Made by a program: the position numbers and the translations under genes
NCBI GenBank assembly: GCA_977018835.1
Contig: OZ361257.1
Location: 1,736,001-1,800,000 of the forward strand
DNA from: Minutocellus sp. GHC0000111
Lineage: Eukaryota
Direction: 5' to 3'
Length of the DNA stretch: 64,000 bases
Shown here: one piece after another, positions 58,130 to 64,000 of the stretch
Numbering within the stretch: the first letter of the stretch is position 1
How the letters are laid out: each line of letters begins with the position of its first letter
Notes under the pieces: model-generated
Databases searched by the model: none
Seen by the model: the letters and a program-made list of their open reading frames with translations, nothing else
What the model was told of the DNA's origin: nothing

Positions 58130-58784
58130 TTACCGTCCTCACCCACCACCACCGCACATGGCCTTGGCATCCCCGAGCTTCTTCACTCCCCGAATGTTGG
58201 CCCCGCCGCCGGCGCTTCGTCTTATGCCCTGCCGTTCATTGTATGTCGACCTTCGTTGGCCCTGTGTGATGCAGTAAGAGAAGTCGATGAAAATGAGGGG
58301 CTTGTATTCCAGACGATAAAAGCATACATTGCGGCTTTCGCGGTGCCAATAGATTGTGATGTCAATCGGTTCCACCTCAGCACACGACCGACCTCCCGAC
58401 CGACCTCGCCCAACGCTTGTGGTCGGGAATGCAGTTTCACTCTCAGCGCGTGTGAGATTATTTGTGCTGAGCCCAAGACTCGAAGACCAAACTGACTACT
58501 ACCAGAGAATCCTCCATAACAAATGCTGCATGCCTAAAGAAAAGTCTCCGTCGTGCATAGCTCCAAAGTCGATATATGACCGCTTCACGACTACCAGTCC
58601 AACGCAGAGCACGGACACAACACGAACTCACCTCCGGTAATCGCTCAGGCGGGGTGCTGATGGTTCGGAAGAAGAGCAGTATGCCATTGATCAACCCCAG
58701 GAACAGATCGGTTAGCAATTTGAATGGGTTGCGCGACCGCGATCGGCTGCCGTCGACGGAACCGTCGGCGCTAATGTACACCAT
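58130..58784 (-). CDS. SELENOK: Selenoprotein K; exons 58784-58632 and 58261-58130; Sec UGA at 58139-58141
   Basis: MVYISADGSV..LLTDLFLGLINGILLFFRTI N-terminus and TM helix; spliced G/R-rich tail ending CGGGG-TGA-GR-TAA; 94 aa; GTGAGT...CACAG intron in phase 0. Confidence 0.9.
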
Positions 58785-58988
58785 TGTCCCAGATGTCTTT
58801 TGATGAGAAATGGCTGATGTAATTTTCTCGGTTACTTTACCGTAATTTTACGTAATTTACGTAATTTGTTGAAACTTTGGTCACTCTCTGGCTAAAAAAA
58901 TCTCACACAGGGGATCGGGTTGCTGCTACATAGCACGCAGCACGTGTGCGTGTACGTGTACCAGCTGGTTCCTCTCGCTATGAAATCA

Positions 58989-59339
58989 TCAATTTCCCGA
59001 GAGAGGTAGCGAATTTAGCCACAAGAGCTTGCTTAATTCAACTATCAGCAGGCTCATCTTGGCCATGGCTGTGAGGCAAACGAAACGAAATGAAACGAAG
59101 AGGAGAGACGCGAGGCAAAACATGTTAGCATCGAGAACACTTGAAGACACACATCCAAACAAATGTGCAAAGAAAAATAACGCACCTCCGGCAGCAAAGT
59201 CATCCTCTCCTTCGGAATCGGAGCTGAGGACAATCACCTCATCGTCGGCACTCTCTTTGGCCTTGGCCGCTTTGGCTTCGGCCATCGCCGCGAGGGCAGC
59301 GGAGGGTGGATGCTTCTGTTGGTTGGTACGAGTCTTCAT
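58989..59339 (-). CDS. Possible small protein with a SUMO-interacting-like motif; putative intron 59069-59185
   Basis: MKTRTN..DDEVIVLSSDSEGEDD; GTGCGT...CACAG flank a T-rich segment. Confidence 0.3.
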   Translation of the reverse strand: MKTRTNQQKHPPSAALAAMAEAKAAKAKESADDEVIVLSSDSEGEDDFAAGGALFFFAHLFGCVSSSVLDANMFCLASLLFVSFRFVCLTAMAKMSLLIVELSKLLWLNSLPLSGN

Positions 59340-60168
59340 TTGACAATGGGGCAAGAAAACGAAAAATGAGCTTTGCAATTGAAAGCAAAAGTGAAAATGT
59401 ACAGCAACTCAATCGAACTCACCCAACGAAAAATTTTCACCGGCCAAGCCACTGCCAAAGATGGAAAGGTCGGCGGCCGACCATCGGCAATTGAAGAGCA
59501 ATGTCGATGAAGCTATCAAGACAAACAGATGCAAGATGCGCAACCGCACGCGCATTGCAACTCCAACTCGACGCCGCGGAGTGAAAAGATTCGATGCGTC
59601 CGATCTATTTTCGCCGACGTTGGATCTTTTGCGGCGCACATCAGCCGGCCGGCGACGGCGGAACATGCTCAAGTCATAGCGGCGGCATGTGTTGACATGA
59701 TGAACAGTATCGATCGAACTCGCGACCAACTCCGCTTGCCAACGGTTGAAGGATGGTCTGCGGGGCTCGAAGATCGAGGAACACTGCCAGATACTGGAGA
59801 GACGTGGCAGAGAGGAGGCGTCCTCGCCAAAGAAATGTGAGGCGACGAGCAGCGGGCTGACAACGAAGGTCGGTTTGTGCCCGAACGAGCGACGTACAGA
59901 CGTAACATCTATGTAAATTTCAATGTGTAATTTCCGAAATTACAGAAGTCCCTGTGTAAAGTTGCTCGAAACTTAGTGAAATTACCGTAATGTAATTTGT
60001 TGAAAAGTAGAGGCCTTGAAATTACAAGTCCCTAGGTGCGTGGGCTGCTCGCCCCGTGGAGGAGCTAGGCCTACATGTATCGCTATCGACATCCGGCCGG
60101 TAGTATTAATATCTCTGGATCGGAAAAACGCAGTTGCGTTGTTGCGGCAATCAACAGATCGAAGGACC

Positions 60169-63132
60169 ATGTCGGCGGACGAGGACATCTTCGCCAGGTG
60201 AGTTTGAGCCTGAGGTCGTTAGTGTTTTGAAACGAGAGATAGACCGCCGAAACCAACCGAAATCGGAGAGATGCGTTGCGTGGGCAACCGCACGATCGGA
60301 TATGCTCGCATGGCGTGCCCTGCTCCTTCTCCTTTTGCTGACGATTGTATTCCAATATCTCTGCGCTGCGCATTAATATCCTTTTGCTCACTTCTTCTAC
60401 TTCTGTTTTGTTGAAAATCCTGCAAAATTACACTCGTACTCACCTAAAACACATGACATGTGCAATGCAGTTTGGGAGGGTCGCTCATGTCGGGCCTATT
60501 GTCGGACCTGAACCAGACCACCGCTACTGCCACCTCAGCTTCGGCTTCGGCCAACCCCACCCACGGCCAAGACGACAACATGGACGCCTTGGCCAGCCTG
60601 GAGCGCGACCTGGCCGGCCTCACTTCTGGTGGCGCTGGTGGTACTGGCGCTGTCGGTGCTTCCGGTATTTCCGGCCCGGGTCAAGGCCAATCAGCGCAGC
60701 CCCAGCCGCAGCCGCCGGGCATGGCAACCCTGAGCGCGGCCTCCATGGTCGTTTCGGGCCTCGGCGCCCCGACTTCGGCGCCTCCTCCTAGTGCAGCAGG
60801 ACCACCTCCGGCCACTTCCGCTGCTGGTACTGCCTCGACGTCAACCTCCACGGGCATCTCGGGGGACGACGCCTGGGCCCTCAGCCTGGCCAAGTTCTCC
60901 TCCCTGCAAGGTTTGGCGGACGACTTTGTCAAGGCCGACGCCGCCAAGAAAGCTTCCAATAGTAATAGCAACCCACCCAGCGCGCCACCCAGCGCCCCGG
61001 TCAGCGGCAATGCGTTGCAGCTGCCGCCTGGGGGGGACCTGAGCTCCGCCATGGTCGACAACTTGCTGTTCGACGACGACGATGACGAGGATGGCACCGG
61101 CGGCGGAGGTGGATACGACATTGAGGAAAAGGTCACCCTCGGCTCGACTGCCGCTATCGGGGGGATCGATCTGGGGGCCATGCGCACGAAGGCCGTGCAG
61201 CAGGCCAAGGCTCAGGCTGCTCAGGCTCAGCAGGCGCAAGTTCAAGCTGCCCAGCAGGGCCCGCCCCCTCCCCCATCTCAAATGATGCCCGGCATGAACC
61301 CCGCCGCCCAGCAGCAGATGATGATGCACCAACAGCAGCAGCAGCAGGCTCAACAGCAGGCCATGATGATGATGACCCAACAGCAGCAACAGGCCCAGCA
61401 GCAGGCGGCGGCCTACGCCCGGCACATGGAGCAGCAGGCCGCCGTGGCCGGCATGGAGCAGCGACGCCAATTGGAATTTATTGCCAGGCAAAAGGCCAGG
61501 GAAGAGAAGAAGATGGCTGCTGCCATGGCCATGAAGGCCAAGAAGGGGGGCACTAGTAGGGTTGCTCCACCGGCAAAGCAGCAGGAGCAGCAGCAGCAGC
61601 AGCAGCAGCCGGTGGCCTTTCTCAAAAAGGACTTTCCCACCCTCGGCGGCGGTGGTGGTGTTGGTGGAGCAGGAAACGACGATGATGGACCCAACCCTAC
61701 CAGCAATAAGGATGCCGTCGTTGCCGAGGAGGACGGCAACGAACCGCTCATTTCCGCACCCCCTCCCGCCGCCAACCATATCTCGCCCTCCAAGATACCC
61801 ACCGGCATCGTCGGGACCGACACCCTTGCCCCCCGCGGTGCTGCCGGTGCTGCTGCCGCCGGGGCTCGGCCACCCAGCATGCCCGTCGTCCCCATCTCCG
61901 CGGCCCGTCTGCTCTTCTGCAACCCCACCCCCTCCGCCCCGCCCATCAACGCCAACAACGTCCAATCCTACTTCATGACCCCCCGGGACTTGTGCTACGT
62001 CGTGCACAGCATGATGCGGCCCCTCATTTCGTTGGATGCCTACAACGACGACTTTTACCGCTGGAGTTACGACGATCGGCGCAACCGCAACCTCCTCGTG
62101 CTGGGCGGGTCGACTCCCCAGGGCAACAACCTGCCCAACCCCGTGTGGAAAGAGACCAAGGAAAAGGCCCAGGCCATCGAGGACAAGTACCGGGGCAACG
62201 TCGAGAAGCGGGCCGAGAAGTGGTCCACCAAGCAGCAGACTCTGGGCAAGACCGTCAAGGTCAACGTCAAGCGGCCCAAGGCCCTGCTGGCCACGACGGG
62301 AGCACTCACCACGGCCACCGCTGCTGGTGGTGCTGGTGCCGACGACGACGAGCGGGAGGACCGCTCCGAGGAGGACCGGCAGCGCGTTTCCATGTGGTCG
62401 GCCCGGCTGGCCATCGACAGGGGATACGTCGCCTACCTCGATCTGCTGGAGACCCGCCGCCTCCTCCAAACGTCGGCCGGGTTGGAGGCCAGCGTCGCCG
62501 AGCGGCGGGCCGAGCTGACCCGCGACGTCGAGGCCAACGTGGCCAAGCTCCATGGGAGCCTGGGCGTGACCGTTTCTACTACTAGTACAGGAGGTGGTGA
62601 CGGTGGAGGTGGCGAGGCAGCCGCCCAGCGGACCATCGAGGTGGATTCGGCCGTACTGGCCCGTACCCTCGGCATGCCCAAGGGTCGGATGCTGCTCAGC
62701 CGGGTGCTGGACGATGGCGTCCTGCCCCATTCCAGTGCCTGCCGCGTCCTTCCCAAGGCTCTGGGGGTCATCCTCTCCACGGCCGTACCGGCCGGTGCAC
62801 CGCCTCGGGGAGAGGATCGTCTCGTCCGTTCCCTCACCGGCCTTGTGCAGACTTCCCAGCCCAGCCTGGCACCAGAGGACCTCATCGATTCTCTGGTCGA
62901 GTTTGGTTCCGTCTACCAATCCGAGCTGCAGGCCAAGGGCACCAGTCCCGGCGATACCGTCCGCAACATGCTCGGCACGTCCGGTGGACAGCGGGCTCGA
63001 ATGGAGCTGCTCCATGCCATCCTGAGTCGGGGCGGTATGGTCTGCGGTGGCAGCGGGCCGGACGTTGCCGGTGCGTGGAAGGCCAAGGAGGCCGAGTTCA
63101 TGACGATCTTGTCGGCCATGAACAGTGCCTAA
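60169..63132 (+). CDS. PAT1: PAT1-like mRNA decapping activator; exons 60169-60197 and 60471-63132
   Basis: FMTPRD..DAYNDDFY, LGKTVKVNVKRPKALL, PKGRMLLSR match PAT1 motifs; Q/P-rich N-terminus; in-phase GTGAGT...TGCAG intron. Confidence 0.7.
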
Positions 63133-64000
63133 TCGAAGGATGTTGAGGTTGATGGATGGATCAAGGATCAGCTGGAAGGGATGTTAAGAGAGAGAGAGAA
63201 AGAGAATCAACAATCACAAAAAATGTCACGGCTTATTTTAATTACGGGCCGCCAATCTAGGATAAATTCAAATAATAACTAAGAAAGGAGAGATAAATGA
63301 ATCAGAATGTACCACCATATCCACGAGAGTACATGTATGAGTTCTTGACCTCGCGGTCCCATCTCACTCTCGTTTGCACGTTTACAACTAACTGTCTGGT
63401 GGTCGTCCGTCAGAAACAAAATAAAGGGGTAATAAGGGAAAACGTTACCCCCCTTACTAAAAGTTTAAAAAGTGTACATGTGTTGAGTATTTTGGTGCCG
63501 CCACGGACTTCCTTTTTTTGAATTGAAACAGCTGCCAATTTCTGTGGCCTTGTAATGTGGGCAATCGCGGCTAAGTTTCTGTGCCGGAGCTTTCTTTTTG
63601 ATGCCATGCATTCCTTGAAGAAAGCCAAGTTAGGCTCTCAGCACTATTATTCAGGAAAGCTGCCAAATAAATGTGATCCGAGAAGCAGATGATGGACACT
63701 TTTCTGTGGACCCCCACAAAAGCGCTTGTGTGCACAAAAAAATGTTTCGAAAACGCAGATTTTAGTTTTCTTGAAAACGAAGACGCTCTTTCAAATATTA
63801 TTTTTACATGAGTCGAGCATTCTTTTGTTGACACATGTAATGTCGCAAACCTAGGCTGAAAACTTCACTTCGCCGACCAAAAAACATGTGTGCGGCAGCG
63901 ACACTCCTCGGACGGACTCCTTGTGCTAAAGCAAGCGGAAAGATGGGCCAAGAACAGCCAAGAGAAGAGAGAAAGCGTCCAAATGCTTACCGTAGCCATC

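Noticed and set aside
60841..63015. 724-aa antisense ORF (and similar ones at 25366-26814, 21071-22231, 54427-55413)
   Set aside because: Codon-registered shadows of GC3-rich real genes with no recognisable motifs
63420..64000. Possible transposon end (AAGGGGTAA...TTACCCCCTT hairpin, AT-rich)
   Set aside because: No partner terminus or coding evidence within the window

Overview
Gene-dense eukaryotic nuclear DNA, most likely from a diatom. This is an inference from short GT-AG introns and diatom-typical families (MATH-BTB-SAP, 'SDWTI' BTB, gametolysin M11, 'LNPxHCFVR' domain proteins). About 28 protein-coding loci are supported: TPR protein, PHOSPHO-type phosphatase, FG-GAP-like membrane protein, bacterial-type GH55 beta-1,3-glucanase, TLC protein, BTB-ubiquitin-like fusion, kinesin-14, HBS1, CCCH/GAT/DnaJ protein, a tandem cluster of three GGCT-fold genes alternating with three MATH-BTB-SAP genes plus a sulfatase, MORN protein, ETF-beta, zf-4CXXC protein, M11 peptidase and PAT1. 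The ORF track misses a spliced selenoprotein K gene (in-frame UGA, candidate SECIS). Mobile and repeat DNA includes a 508-bp hAT-type MITE with a perfect 8-bp TSD, a ~2.1-kb mariner-like element (DD38D) and an unexplained, diverged ~370-bp tandem array. Many genes carry single frameshifts or in-frame stops, which may be assembly error or haplotype decay. All assignments are by eye, without database searches.
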